A stretch of DNA of 64,000 bases from Bacteroidia bacterium (GCA_020054095.1 JAGVMA010000044.1:19722-83721); one strand, 5' to 3'. Shown: positions 29,216 through 41,100, numbered from the stretch's first letter. Program-made: numbers and translations. Notes: a model not told the origin generated them from the sequence alone.

Positions 29216-30556
29216 TTAAGCCGTTAAATCAAATGTTTCTAAAAATTTGGTAGTGTAATCGCCTTTTAAAAACTGTTCGTTTTTCATTAAGCGTTGGTGG
29301 AACGGTATAGTAGTTTTCACGCCTTCAACCACAAACTCGCTTAGTGCGCGGCTCATTTTTGCAATTGATTCTTCGCGCGTTTGAGCCATTGTAATAAGTT
29401 TTGCAATCATGCTGTCGTAGTTGGGTGGAATAACATAGCCGGCATAAATGTGCGAATCTACCCTCACGCCATGTCCGCCCGGGGTGTGCAGCACCGTAAT
29501 TTTTCCGGGAGCAGGTCTAAAGTTATTGAATGGATCTTCAGCATTAATGCGACATTCAATAGCGTGCAACTGGGGGTAATAGTTTTTCCCCGAAATAGGA
29601 ATGCCTGCTGCAATCAATATTTGTTCGCGTATCAAGTCATAATCAATAACTTCTTCGGTAATTGGGTGTTCCACTTGTATGCGTGTATTCATTTCCATGA
29701 AATAAAAATTGCGATGCTTGTCAACCAAAAATTCTACCGTACCCACACCTTCGTAACTAACCGCTAATGCTGCTTTTATAGCAGCTTCTCCCATTCTGTC
29801 GCGCAGTTCCGGAATCATAAATGGCGATGGTGTTTCTTCTACCAATTTTTGGTGTCTGCGTTGTATTGAGCAATCGCGCTCAGATAAATGACATGCTTTG
29901 CCGTATTGGTCGCCTGCAACTTGTATTTCAATATGGCGTGGTTCTTCTATATATTTTTCCATATACATAGCACCGTTACCAAATGCCGCTTCGGCTTCTT
30001 TGCTTGCCGATTCAAAATTAGATAGTAAATCTTCTTCTTTCCAGATGATGCGCATCCCTCGTCCGCCACCGCCTGCAGTTGCTTTTATAATTACCGGATA
30101 ACCAATTTCGGCAGCATCGCGTTTTGCTTGCTCCACATCAGTAATCAATCCTTCAGAACCCGGAACACAAGGCACACCGGCTTTTTTCATGGTGTCTTTT
30201 GCGTTCGATTTATCGCCCATCGCATCTATCTGATCGGGAGTAGCGCCAATAAATTTTATTTTATGCTCGGCACAAATTCTCGAAAACTTTGAGTTCTCGG
30301 ACAAAAAACCATAGCCGGGATGAATGGCATCCGAATTGGTTATTTCGGCTGCAGCGATAATATTCGGGATGTTTAAGTACGATTCTTTACTTGGCGGAGG
30401 GCCTATGCAGACCGCTTCATCGGCAAACTTAACGTGCAACGAATCTTTATCGGCAGTACTGTAAACAGCTACTGTTTTTATTCCCATTTCGCGGCAAGTG
30501 CGGATAATACGCAATGCTATTTCTCCGCGATTGGCTATTAATATTTTTTTAAACAT
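29216..30556 (-). CDS. accC: acetyl-CoA carboxylase biotin carboxylase subunit
   Basis: [20 protein letters not shown]-terminus and ATP-grasp biotin carboxylase motifs over its 446 aa. Confidence 0.9.
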   Translation of the reverse strand: MFKKILIANRGEIALRIIRTCREMGIKTVAVYSTADKDSLHVKFADEAVCIGPPPSKESYLNIPNIIAAAEITNSDAIHPGYGFLSENSKFSRICAEHKIKFIGATPDQIDAMGDKSNAKDTMKKAGVPCVPGSEGLITDVEQAKRDAAEIGYPVIIKATAGGGGRGMRIIWKEEDLLSNFESASKEAEAAFGNGAMYMEKYIEEPRHIEIQVAGDQYGKACHLSERDCSIQRRHQKLVEETPSPFMIPELRDRMGEAAIKAALAVSYEGVGTVEFLVDKHRNFYFMEMNTRIQVEHPITEEVIDYDLIREQILIAAGIPISGKNYYPQLHAIECRINAEDPFNNFRPAPGKITVLHTPGGHGVRVDSHIYAGYVIPPNYDSMIAKLITMAQTREESIAKMSRALSEFVVEGVKTTIPFHQRLMKNEQFLKGDYTTKFLETFDLTA

Positions 30557-30564
30557 ATTTTTTA

Positions 30565-30655
30565 TTTATCAATTGTTATTGCGAAAGAGTGAAACGACTG
30601 AAGCAGTCGTGTTTATAACGAAGATATTGCTTCCCCTCGCTCGCAATAAACGATT
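30565..30655. repeat. palindromic repeat family copy inside the accB-accC intergenic spacer
   Basis: ttattgcgaaagag...gaaacgactgaagcagtcgtgttt...ttgcttcccctcgctcgcaataa has terminal IRs sharing the ATTGCGA / TCGCAAT core, plus a central hairpin. Confidence 0.55.
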
Positions 30656-30659
30656 CGGT

Positions 30660-31157
30660 TTAATTAGGTTCAACTAAAAACAAAGGTTGGTCGTATTCAA
30701 CAGGGCTGGCATCATCTACCAGTATTTTCACAATCCTGCCCGATACTTCCGATTCTATTTCATTAAATAGTTTCATTGCCTCGATGATGCAAATTGTTTT
30801 TCCGGCTTTTATTTCATCGCCCACGTTTACAAACAAAGGTTTATCGGGCCCCGGTGAACGATAAAAGGTGCCAATCATGGGCGATTTAATGGTAATGTAT
30901 TTCGATTCATCTGCAACGGGTGGAGTTGTAGATTTTTTTTCAGGAGTTTTTTGCTCGGCCACCGCTTGCTGTGTAACCGGAGGCGCTTGTATAACTTGAG
31001 TAACCGGTGGTGCTGCTTGCATAACTACTTGCTGTGCCACCGCTTTGCCATTGTTCGTTTTAATAACAATTTTAAAATCTTTGTTTTGAAGTTCAACTTC
31101 GCTAACGCCCGATTTAGCTACAAACTTTATCAGGTCTTGAATTTCGTTTATTTTCAT
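30660..31157 (-). CDS. accB: biotin carboxyl carrier protein
   Basis: EAMKLFNEIE biotinyl-lysine motif and a Pro/Ala/Val-rich linker. Confidence 0.85.
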   Translation of the reverse strand: MKINEIQDLIKFVAKSGVSEVELQNKDFKIVIKTNNGKAVAQQVVMQAAPPVTQVIQAPPVTQQAVAEQKTPEKKSTTPPVADESKYITIKSPMIGTFYRSPGPDKPLFVNVGDEIKAGKTICIIEAMKLFNEIESEVSGRIVKILVDDASPVEYDQPLFLVEPN

Positions 31158-31630
31158 GCGTTTTGTTTTAGTGCGTTAGATTTTTTTATTTCAGACGCCA
31201 AACTTACTACTTTGAATGAATTATGCAAGAAAATTTATATCGCAAAAAATGGCGCTTTTATCTACTTTTCGGCAAATTTTCACCCAAAAACGATTGTTTT
31301 TGGCAGTTTTTCACATTTTTAATTAAAAAACACTTTTTGTTTTTGTGTTAAAAACACTTTTTACCATAGTAATTTTTTTGGCAGCATAATAAATCTCGAA
31401 TTTACCAGTTATGCCAAAAATATAACCACTTGTTAGAAAAATACGACCACTTATTAGAAAACAATTTTTTATTGACAATACATAAATAATATTTGCACAT
31501 AAAATTTAATACAGCGGTAAAGCCGATTATTTTTTTCAATTAAAATAGTTTTGCTATGTTTGATGCCCTGTAAAAAAAGAGAAAAAATAACTCAGCTAAT
31601 CAATAAAATAAATAACCAAAAACTCAAATT

Positions 31631-32446
31631 ATGAGCAACGAAAAACAACAAAGCAAATTACAATCAATGTTTGCTGCAATCGTAATCCCTATTCTAATCG
31701 TTATTTCAGTACTATTCTACATGTTTGTATTGGGAAGCCCGGCAAACTTCGAGGAAATGAATCCTGAAAACCACCCGATTAAAGATGGAATTGGCGGATG
31801 GTTTGGCACCATTTACAAAGGCGGAATAATTGTGCCTATTTTAATTTCGGTGCTATTAATTATTATCACTTTTTGTATCGAGCGTTTTATTACCATTAAT
31901 AAAGCAAAAGGAAAAGGCAATGTTGATACATTCATTCGTTCGGTGCGATCAATGTTAGCTAATAACGAAATTGACGCAGCCATTGCCGAGTGTGATAAAC
32001 AAAAAGGATCAACAGCCGCTGTAATTCGTGCCGGCTTAGGCAAATACAAATTAGTTTTAGAAGATAACTCATTAGATAAAGAGAGCAAAATAGCAGCTAT
32101 TCAAAAAGAATTAGAAGAAGCTACTGCATTAGAACTGCCTATGTTATCTAAAAACTTGGTTATCATTTCTACTTGCGCTTCCATCTCTACGTTAATTGGT
32201 CTTATCGGAACAGTAATAGGGATGATACGCTCGTTTAAAGCGCTTGCACAAGCAGGTTCGCCCGATACAGTTGCACTTTCAACGGGTATCTCTGAAGCAC
32301 TAATCAATACGTTTATTGGTATTACAGGTTCCACAATTGCAATTATTATGTACAATTTCTTTAGCAGTAAAATTGATGCCTTAACTTATGGTATAGATGA
32401 GGCAGGCTTTACAGTTGTACAAACCTTTGCATCAAAAAACAAATAA
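31631..32446 (+). CDS. exbB: MotA/TolQ/ExbB proton-channel protein
   Basis: 271 aa with 3 TM helices and a C-terminal ExbB signature (LSTGISEALINTFIGI). Confidence 0.8.
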   Translation: MSNEKQQSKLQSMFAAIVIPILIVISVLFYMFVLGSPANFEEMNPENHPIKDGIGGWFGTIYKGGIIVPILISVLLIIITFCIERFITINKAKGKGNVDTFIRSVRSMLANNEIDAAIAECDKQKGSTAAVIRAGLGKYKLVLEDNSLDKESKIAAIQKELEEATALELPMLSKNLVIISTCASISTLIGLIGTVIGMIRSFKALAQAGSPDTVALSTGISEALINTFIGITGSTIAIIMYNFFSSKIDALTYGIDEAGFTVVQTFASKNK

Positions 32447-32510
32447 TTTTTTAAAATTATTTGTGGAATAAATAATTCAATTGCGTCTTACACACTAAAA
32501 GGTAAAAGAT

Positions 32511-33170
32511 ATGCCCAAATTAAAAATGCCCAGAAGCAGCCCATCATTGGATATGACCCCAATGGTTGACCTTGCTTTCCTTCTGGTTACCTTTTTTATG
32601 CTTACCGCCCAGTTTAGGGCCGAAGAATCGGTGATAGTGGACACGCCATCATCGCAAGCACAAAATATATTAAAGGATAAAGACATTATGCTCCTCACTA
32701 TTGATAGTGCCGGCCGCATTTTCTTTAACATAGATGGAAAAGAAATACGCGAGAATACACTTAACGAAATGGCGAAGCGCTATAACCTTACTTTTAATCC
32801 AAAACAAATTGAAGAATACGGTTTGGGGCAAGGAATAGGCGTGCCTGTTAATTTATTAGGCAAATATTTAGATGCCGATGAGTCTGACAGAAAAAAAATG
32901 GACGACTTATCGAAAGGGATTCCGTTTGATACTACACTTGACTATAAAAGCAACGAGTTATACTCATGGGTAGATTTGGCAAGACGTATGTCTTTTGATA
33001 AATCACAATCAATAGGTGCAAAAAACGGATTACGCTATGCTATAAAAGCAGATGGAAAATCGAATTACAGAGTAGTAAAAGCAGTAATAAAAATGTTCCA
33101 GAGCGAACAAGTAAACGTGAACAGATTTAATTTAATAACCGACCTGGAAACAGGTCAAGAAGAAAAATAG
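32511..33170 (+). CDS. exbD: ExbD/TolR biopolymer transport protein
   Basis: DMTPMVDLAFLLVTFFML motif. Confidence 0.8.
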   Translation: MPKLKMPRSSPSLDMTPMVDLAFLLVTFFMLTAQFRAEESVIVDTPSSQAQNILKDKDIMLLTIDSAGRIFFNIDGKEIRENTLNEMAKRYNLTFNPKQIEEYGLGQGIGVPVNLLGKYLDADESDRKKMDDLSKGIPFDTTLDYKSNELYSWVDLARRMSFDKSQSIGAKNGLRYAIKADGKSNYRVVKAVIKMFQSEQVNVNRFNLITDLETGQEEK

Positions 33171-33174
33171 AACT

Positions 33175-33822
33175 ATGGCAGACGTACAAACAGGCGGTGA
33201 TGACCATGGCGGTGGTAAAAGCAAAGGTAAGAAGCGCGCAAAAAAGGCATCTACACATATAGATATGACACCAATGGTTGACTTGGCGTTTTTGTTACTT
33301 ACGTTTTTCGTATTAACATCTACTTTTAGTAAACCAAGTGCAATGGAAATTACTATGCCGGTGGATGATAAAACCACTAAGCCAACAAAGGTTAAAAACA
33401 TTGTTACAATTCTTCTTACAAAATCTGAAAAAGAGGCCTATTGTTATTTTGGAGAGTTAGATACCGCATCAACTAATCCATTTCAGAAGTTTAAATTAAG
33501 CGCAGAAGGAATGAGAGCATATTTGTTCGATAAAAACAAAGATGCGATAGCGACAATAAAAAAATTAAAAACAGAGATATTGGGCAATAAATCTTTAGAT
33601 ATAAACAAAGCGCAAGAAATGTTTAAGGATACAGCCAACGCAATAATGGGCAAAAAAGAAGCATTAACGGTGGTGATAAAAACCACCGATGATACTAAGT
33701 ATGGAACGGTGGTTAATATGGTTGATGAAATGAGTATCGTGAACGTAGGTAAATACGCATTGGTAGATATATCTGAAACTGAACAGAAATTTTTAGACAC
33801 TTATTTAGGTAAAACAGAATAA
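33175..33822 (+). CDS. exbD: ExbD/TolR biopolymer transport protein (second paralog)
   Basis: IDMTPMVDLAFLLLTFFVL motif. Confidence 0.8.
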   Translation: MADVQTGGDDHGGGKSKGKKRAKKASTHIDMTPMVDLAFLLLTFFVLTSTFSKPSAMEITMPVDDKTTKPTKVKNIVTILLTKSEKEAYCYFGELDTASTNPFQKFKLSAEGMRAYLFDKNKDAIATIKKLKTEILGNKSLDINKAQEMFKDTANAIMGKKEALTVVIKTTDDTKYGTVVNMVDEMSIVNVGKYALVDISETEQKFLDTYLGKTE

Positions 33823-33824
33823 AT

Positions 33825-34682
33825 ATGGTAATCGCAATCATTGTCATCCTCGCCTTATTGCTCGTTACGGCCGTAGCAGTTGACCTTAGCTGGTTCAATG
33901 TTACGCTCACCAATCGCAACGCATTGGTGTTCGAGCAAAAAAATAAAGAATACGGAGCTTTTGTAATACGCAGAGGTTATACCCGTAACGTAATTATGGC
34001 ATCGCTTTTTGCGGGCTTGTTTTTGGGTTCGGTGTGGGCTGTGCCTAATATCATAGCACTTTTATCGGCCGATGATGCAACCGAAGAAACTAAGAATGTG
34101 GTTTTTGATCCTAAATTGATGGAACCACCACCAATGGATGATAAACTGCCACCACCACCACCACCACCACCACCACCACCGCCAATGATAAAAACGGTGA
34201 AATTTGTTCCGCCTGAGCCGGCTCCCGAAGATGACGAAGAACCACCACCGGTGCAAGAAGAAATTAAAAACGAAAACATATCAACTCAAACACAAGAAGG
34301 TCAAGAAGGTGACCCGCCACCACCACCGGTGAATACTGTTGTTGAAGATAACAATGTGTATGAAACTACCGCATTAGAAGAGCAGCCTGAATTTCCGGGT
34401 GGTGCAGCACAAATGATGAAATTCTTGAAAGACAATATTAAATATCCGCAAGTAGAAAAAGAGAATGGCATACAAGGCAAAGCATTCATAAAATTTGTGG
34501 TAGAAAAAGATGGAAGCATAACCGGAGTGGAGATAGTGAAAGGAATTCCGGGAGGAACCGGCTGCGATAAAGAAGCATTACGCGTAGTTAAACTAATGCC
34601 TAAATGGGCACCGGGCAAACAAAACGGAAAATCGGTTAGAGTAAATTATGTAATACCTGTAAACTTTAAACTACAGGGATAG
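33825..34682 (+). CDS. tonB: energy transducer TonB
   Basis: N-terminal TM helix, a Pro run (PPPPPPPPPPPP) and a C-terminal TonB domain (EQPEFPGG...). Confidence 0.8.
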   Translation: MVIAIIVILALLLVTAVAVDLSWFNVTLTNRNALVFEQKNKEYGAFVIRRGYTRNVIMASLFAGLFLGSVWAVPNIIALLSADDATEETKNVVFDPKLMEPPPMDDKLPPPPPPPPPPPPMIKTVKFVPPEPAPEDDEEPPPVQEEIKNENISTQTQEGQEGDPPPPPVNTVVEDNNVYETTALEEQPEFPGGAAQMMKFLKDNIKYPQVEKENGIQGKAFIKFVVEKDGSITGVEIVKGIPGGTGCDKEALRVVKLMPKWAPGKQNGKSVRVNYVIPVNFKLQG

Positions 34683-34696
34683 TATAAATAAGAAAC

Positions 34697-34915
34697 TTGT
34701 CGGGCAGCAACACTAATTTGCACAAATACCTTTATTGGTTTAAAGCTGTAATGGTAATAATGTATGTGTCAATTGGGTTGCTGCTTGTGTTTTCAAAATC
34801 TGACAATATTCCGCAGCCCGTACTTATTGGATTGATATTAATTTTATATGGTATTATGCGCGGTGTAAACTTATATTTGAAGCGCGAAACACACACACAA
34901 TCAGATGAAGAATAA
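34697..34915 (+). CDS. small two-TM membrane protein (hypothetical)
   Basis: 72 aa with two hydrophobic helices. It sits in-operon between tonB and the PBP gene. Confidence 0.35.
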   Translation: MSGSNTNLHKYLYWFKAVMVIMYVSIGLLLVFSKSDNIPQPVLIGLILILYGIMRGVNLYLKRETHTQSDEE

Positions 34916-35864
34916 ATTCAATCAGTTTTTTTCACTGTTTTTTATTGCAACAGTATCGCTATTTATTGTGCAATGTGGCGGAGGCGGCAGCTCTTATAAA
35001 AAGTATAGCGACACTGCTACTTATGGCAGCGCCATGGTGTGTGCCGATGAATCATACAAGATAATTATTGAACAGGAAGCAGATGCATTTATGGCAACTT
35101 ATACCGATGCTAATGTAATTGTAAACTATCTACCCGAAGGCGAACTGTTGAAAATGCTTATGGCTAGCGACTCGTGCAGGTTTGCTGTTATGAGTCGCAA
35201 ACTCACCGCAGAAGAATTAAAGTACTTTAAAGAAACACTCAAGCTCACACCACAAGAACTTAAAATTGCTTACGATGCAGTAGCAATAATTATTAATAAA
35301 GAAAACGCAGCCGATTCGGCTACCATAAGCCAACTTAAAGATATATTATCAGGGCAAATAAATACCTGGAACCAATTGGGCGGCAAACCCGATTCAGTAG
35401 TAGTGGTTTTTGATAACAAGCAATCGGGCAACGCGCGTTTTATAAAAGAACAGTTGCTTAATAATTCAGATAAATTTCCGGCAAATTGCTATGCCGTAAA
35501 CTCTAATGAGGATGTGATAAATTACGTTTATAATCACCCTAACTCTATGGGCATTATTGGCGTAAATTGGGTAAGCGATAAAGACGACAGCACATCGCAA
35601 CAAATAATGACAAAAATTAAGATGATGGCAGTTGCAGCCGACTCAATGCCAGGTAATTACGTAAAACCTTATCAGGCATACATTGCGCAAAAGACCTATC
35701 CACTGGTGCGCGAAGTTTATATAATAAAACGCGAAGCCCGAACAGGACTTGGCACAGGATTTGCCTCTTACATAGCAGGCGACAAAGGTCAGCGTATAAT
35801 ATTAAAAGCCGGCTTAGTACCTGCCACCATGCCTGTGAGGATAATACAGGTGAATAACGAATAA
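34905..35864 (+). CDS. PstS-like periplasmic phosphate-binding (PBP superfamily) protein
   Basis: Signal peptide ending in a lipobox (VQCGGG), 319 aa. This is the typical Bacteroidota exbBD-tonB-PBP arrangement. Confidence 0.6.
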   Translation: MKNKFNQFFSLFFIATVSLFIVQCGGGGSSYKKYSDTATYGSAMVCADESYKIIIEQEADAFMATYTDANVIVNYLPEGELLKMLMASDSCRFAVMSRKLTAEELKYFKETLKLTPQELKIAYDAVAIIINKENAADSATISQLKDILSGQINTWNQLGGKPDSVVVVFDNKQSGNARFIKEQLLNNSDKFPANCYAVNSNEDVINYVYNHPNSMGIIGVNWVSDKDDSTSQQIMTKIKMMAVAADSMPGNYVKPYQAYIAQKTYPLVREVYIIKREARTGLGTGFASYIAGDKGQRIILKAGLVPATMPVRIIQVNNE

Positions 35865-35982
35865 AATAACCGAACAAAATAGGCGTATGAAATAGCCATG
35901 TTTGCGAAAAGCAAACACCAACAAAAAAAATATAAAAGATGGCGTATTCCATCTGACAATAAAAAACTTAAAAAAAATACAG

Positions 35983-37626
35983 ATGAAAAATTTAATTTCA
36001 AGTTTAGTTTTCTCAATCACAGTTCTATCATCGCAAGCCCAAACCTTAACCGATGTGCGAAAATACATTGACAACGAACAGTACGAAAAAGCCGCAACAG
36101 CGTTAAGAAAATTAAAGACCGGAGACCCTAACAATGGCGATAACTACTTTTGGCATGGCGAAGTTTTTTATTTAACCGAACAAAACGATTCGGCTAAGAT
36201 GATGTATGATGAAGGGCTGAAGAAAAATCCAAGTAGTGCATTGTGCATGGTTGGTACAGGAAAAATATTGTGGATACAAGGGAAATCTGCCGAAGCCAAA
36301 AAACAATTTTACAGCGCTACAGTGGTGGTAAATGATAAAACCAATAAAATGACACCTCAGCAAAAATCGCTGGTGCTTTTAAAAATTGCCGAAACATACA
36401 TTACCTCGCCCGATAAAGATTTGAACGAAGCAATTACTCAAATAAACAAAGCTGCAACCATTGACCCTACCAATGCTGATGTGAATATTATGATGGGCGA
36501 TGCATTGTTTGAACAAAATCCGGCAAACGGCAGCAATGCCATTGCAGAATATAAAAAAGCGGCTGACAAAAATAAATCATCAGCTACCGCATTTTTTAAA
36601 ATTGGCGAATTGTATTTACGTGCAAAAAATCCGGAGGCTGCTCACACCGAGTTAGACAAAGCAATCACCATTGACCCACAATTTGCTCCTGCCTATCGCG
36701 TAAAAGCGGAAGCATACTATTATCGCCAAAAATTTGAAGACGCAATTAATATGTATAAAAAATACTTGGATCTTAATAGTGGTAACGTAAGTGCACGCAT
36801 ACGCTATGTGAAATTTTTATTTGTGGCAAAAAAATATACCGATGTTTTAACTGAAGGAAAATCGGTTTTACAAGATGCGCCAAAAGAGAATGTGATAAAC
36901 CGATTGATGGGTTACGCATCGTACGAAAATAACGACTGCCAAAACGGCTTGTCATACATGGAAACTTTTTTTGCAAAACAACCTGAAATGAATGTACTGG
37001 CAAGTGATTACGAATATTACGGAAAGTTATATACAAAATGTGGCAAAGATTCATTGGGCGTTATATACTTACTAAAAGCAATAACTAAAGACAGCGCAAA
37101 GTGTGAGCTATACACCGAAATTGCAAATGTTTATAAAAAAGCAAAACGCTATAGCGATGCTGCTAATTATTATTTTATGCGCACTAAATCTTGTAAAAAT
37201 CCGCTGGTTAACGATTATTATAATTTGGGTTACGCTTATTATTACAGCAAACAATATGGCAAAGCCGACACCGCATTTATTAAATATGTGGAAGGGCAAA
37301 AAGAAATTGCTTTCGGATATTTTTGGAGAGCAAAATGTAATGCCAACTTAGATCCCGAAAATAAAACATGGCAAGCAAAACCTTTTTACGAAACTGCTAT
37401 TTTAAAGTCAACCGATAAAGACAACAAAAAAGATTTGGAAGATGCTTATTGGTATATGGGTTACTATTATTTCGTGCAAAAAGATTTTGCAAGTGCAAAA
37501 TGTTGCTACCAAAAATTGGTTGCACTAAATGTTCCTAACTCGGATAAAAACAAAAAAGCTACCGATGCTTTAAATGGTAAAGAGCTAAGCGGAGTTACGG
37601 CCTCAGAACAGTGCATAAGGCAATAG
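35983..37626 (+). CDS. secreted TPR-repeat protein
   Basis: The start was chosen at the internal Met that gives a signal peptide (MKNLISSLVFSITVLSSQAQ). Multiple TPR-like repeats. Confidence 0.6.
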   Translation: MKNLISSLVFSITVLSSQAQTLTDVRKYIDNEQYEKAATALRKLKTGDPNNGDNYFWHGEVFYLTEQNDSAKMMYDEGLKKNPSSALCMVGTGKILWIQGKSAEAKKQFYSATVVVNDKTNKMTPQQKSLVLLKIAETYITSPDKDLNEAITQINKAATIDPTNADVNIMMGDALFEQNPANGSNAIAEYKKAADKNKSSATAFFKIGELYLRAKNPEAAHTELDKAITIDPQFAPAYRVKAEAYYYRQKFEDAINMYKKYLDLNSGNVSARIRYVKFLFVAKKYTDVLTEGKSVLQDAPKENVINRLMGYASYENNDCQNGLSYMETFFAKQPEMNVLASDYEYYGKLYTKCGKDSLGVIYLLKAITKDSAKCELYTEIANVYKKAKRYSDAANYYFMRTKSCKNPLVNDYYNLGYAYYYSKQYGKADTAFIKYVEGQKEIAFGYFWRAKCNANLDPENKTWQAKPFYETAILKSTDKDNKKDLEDAYWYMGYYYFVQKDFASAKCCYQKLVALNVPNSDKNKKATDALNGKELSGVTASEQCIRQ

Positions 37627-37640
37627 CACAAATTCAGTAA

Positions 37641-37670
37641 AAAAATCCGCCAACAGGTGGATTTTTTTTG
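37641..37670 (+). terminator. rho-independent terminator
   Basis: atccgcc-aaca-ggtggat stem (one G-U pair) followed by T8. Confidence 0.55.
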
Positions 37671-37671
37671 A

Positions 37672-38079
37672 TTAGAACCTTCTATTTGCTTTCACATAAT
37701 CGGTGATGTATGCTACAATCGTATTAGTGTCGGTACCGGGCGGAAATAATTTGCCCACACCCATTTCGTTTAGTTTTTGCATATCGCCATCCGGAATAAT
37801 TCCGCCACCGGTTAATAGCACATCGTTAAGTCCTTTCGCTTTCATGAGCGAAAGTATTTTAGGAAAAACAGTCATGTGTGCGCCCGATAAAATACTTACA
37901 CCAATAGCATCCACATCTTCTTGCAATGCAGCAGCGACTACCATTTCGGGTGTTTGGCGCAAGCCGGTATAAATTACTTCCATGCCTGCATCGCGTAAAA
38001 ATGATGCTATAACCTTTGCGCCACGATCGTGCCCGTCTAAACCAACTTTTGCAACTAAAACTCTTATCGGCCTGTTCAT
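37672..38079 (-). CDS. stand-alone cobalamin (B12)-binding domain protein (methylmalonyl-CoA mutase C-terminal-domain-like)
   Basis: [19 protein letters not shown] contains the DxHxxG B12-binding motif. It lies 27 nt downstream of the sensor kinase on the same strand. Confidence 0.75.
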   Translation of the reverse strand: MNRPIRVLVAKVGLDGHDRGAKVIASFLRDAGMEVIYTGLRQTPEMVVAAALQEDVDAIGVSILSGAHMTVFPKILSLMKAKGLNDVLLTGGGIIPDGDMQKLNEMGVGKLFPPGTDTNTIVAYITDYVKANRRF

Positions 38080-38106
38080 TTCGGGTGTGAAAATACAAGT
38101 TTTAAA

Positions 38107-41100
38107 TTAATTGCTGTCATTGTGCTCGGGTAGCGAAACGTAAAAAGTGGTGCCTTCGTCTATTTTAGTTTCAAACCAAATTTTACCATTAGCGCTTTCA
38201 ATAATATTTTTAACCATGGCAAGGCCCAGCCCCATTCCGGTAGATTTTGTAGTGAAATTCGGCACAAATATTTTTTCCATCACACCATCACTAATTCCGC
38301 TCCCGTTATCTTTTACGGTAATTAAAATTTGATTTTCGGTTTTCCTCAGCGCAACATTAATCAGTCCTTTTCTGTTTTCGGGAATTGCCTGTGTTGCATT
38401 TTTTATTAAGTTATTTAACACACGCACAAGCTGGTCTTTATCGGCAAATAATTTTGTTTCTTCACTAATAACTGAAGTGAAAATAATTTCGCAATCGGAA
38501 GTGTTGCGATGTAACTGAACGCTGTTATAAATTATATCGTGAATAAGCACCACCTCGTTGTTCGCTTTCGGCATCTTGGCAAAATTGCTGAACTCGGTGG
38601 CAATATTTGATAGCGTTTCTATTTGCTCGATAAGTGTTTTAGCTAATTTTTTAATTTTAGTTTCAATATCAGGCGATTTGTCGTTTATCAAACGCTGCAT
38701 GTGCTGTATGCTCAGCTTCATAGGCGTAAGCGGATTTTTTATTTCGTGCGCCACCTGTTTTGCCATTTCGCGCCAAGCACTTTCGCGTTCTGATCGGCCT
38801 AACATTTCGGCACTCTTGCTCAGCTCGGCAATCATGCGGTTATATTCGCCCACCAATTGACCAATTTCATCGTGTTGTTTCCAGTAAATAGGCTCGTTTG
38901 CTTTTCCTAGTTTTATTTGACTTAATTTTTCGCGAACTAATTTTAAAGGTTTGGTTAAGTAATTTGAAATAAAAATGGCGACTACTATGGATAAGCCAAA
39001 AAGCAAAACATAAATATTAATTAGCGCAACCAAAAACGTAGAAATTTCTTTTTCTAATTCGCTTTGCTTGGCAAAGTAGGGCAGATTGAGATAAGCAATT
39101 AAATTACCATCGCGGTTATAAAACGGCAGGTATGCCGAAATGTAATTAAGCTTTCCTATGTTTTCATCGTGTATGTATTCCGAGCGCTTGTGTTCGGCAA
39201 TATTTAAAAATGCTATCGGATTCATTTTGGTTGAAATTAATCCTTCGTCAAATATTTTTGGTCGCGATGATGCGAATAAATTTCCGTTCAAATCATATAA
39301 ATTAATATCGGTAAAAAATACATTTGAAAATTTGTTGAGCAAGTAGGATGTGTATTCCCTGAAATTTTGTGTTTGTGTAAAATCGTTTCCTATTTTTCCT
39401 TCTAATTCAATTAAAACGGAGTGTATTTTTTCGCTGATGTGTTCGCTGTTTTTTGTTTCGTATTGCTGTTTTATATAGTAAATAGTGCCACTGCCAAATA
39501 ATACAAGCGATAGCAAAACAATCAGCACCAATAAAAGTTGTATTCTGTACTTGAAACTCATTTGCGAAAAAACAAAACCCCGAGATGCTTGTCGTAAACT
39601 TAAAGCAACTAAAAGTATAATGCTGAAAAATGTAAACAAATACGAAAAGCCGGTAACAAATCCCCGCCATCCTTCGTTTTGTTTTGATAGCACTACAAGT
39701 GTGTTGCCTTCGGTATTGTGAATTACGTGATTGTAATTTTCAAAGTTTTTTATCAGCGTATCAGCAGATTGTGAATGAAACGATTGATCTGAAACAGAAT
39801 AATTAAATTTTCCGAAACGGTTTATTAATCTCTCGTTTTTGTATTTTGCATACGAGTAGCCATTTAACAAATGGTTTAATCCTATTTCTCTGTCGAGTAA
39901 TAATTCAGGAAAACCAATTTCTTCCGATACAAATTTCGATTCCAACTCAATGTAGATGTGGCCATAAAGCTGAACTTGCTCCCTGTCTTTATAAAGCGGA
40001 ATTTTAGCAATGTAATTTAATTTCCCGCTGCTGTTTTCTATTGCAAAATAATTTTGGCTTTCGGCTGATAAGCCCACATCGCGGATTGACTGCTCATAAT
40101 ATTCGTGGTTATCGCGATTAGGGTTGGAGCCAATAAATATTGGAAAACACATTGTATCGAACACGCAAACTTTTACATCGTATTTTTCCCAGTAGCCGGT
40201 AAAATATTTTTCGGTAAACAGTTTGCCAAATTCACTGCCCGAAAGCTGAATGGTATTAATTAGGTTGGTATCGGCAGCAATCTTTTTTTCTATATCAATA
40301 AAAAAATATTCAGCAAAAGGGTCTTGCTCATCGGCTAATTTTTGCACGTATATTTTCCGGCTTTCAATATCTTTTAAATCGCGATGCTTTATTAAAACAT
40401 GCACAGCGTAAAACGTGAGCAACGATAACATGGTAACCGAGCCAAAAAAAACATAACCATTTGTTTTCTTGTGTTTAAAAGTAATTGCCATCAGGAATAA
40501 AACGGGTGCCCAAAGTATTAATATTAAATCGCGCAAGCCTAATAGGTGGCAAATAATAACATGAATGGCAATGGTTAAAACAAAAATTGTTTTTAATATA
40601 CTATTGCTTGCCAACGAGTGGGCAAGTAGCATTATGGTTTTGTTGAGAACCAGGAAATAAGAAAACAAAACCAGTCCCATAATAAAAAACGAACAGTAGC
40701 TGTAAAACGACAAACTAAAAACATCGTTTATGTTAAACGATATACTTGAATTTTGAAACAAGCCAACAAACACATCGCTAATTTTTTTTGATACAAACCA
40801 AAGCGTTAAAAAGAGCAGTGCCAAGATAATGTGCTTGTAATTTTTGTTTTTTATTGCCAGCAGTTGTTCTGCACCTGTGTTTTTACAAGCGTACCAAGTG
40901 GCATAAAAAATTAAAAAAACATTTATTAAAAAATCGCCAAGTGATTGCAACCAAAACGAAGAGGCATCGCCATAATACTGCGGACCAAATAAATCCGATT
41001 CGTAAAACGAATGTGGAAAGTGAATGAAAATACTAAGCAACCGGAATGAAAAAATAAAAACGATGAAAGAAAAGATGCCAATCAGTGCTCCTCGTTTTCT

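Noticed and set aside
33977-34279. Antisense ORFs rich in Gly (33977..34279) and Trp (34062..34256)
   Set aside because: They are the reverse-strand readings of the (CCA)n proline tract within tonB.
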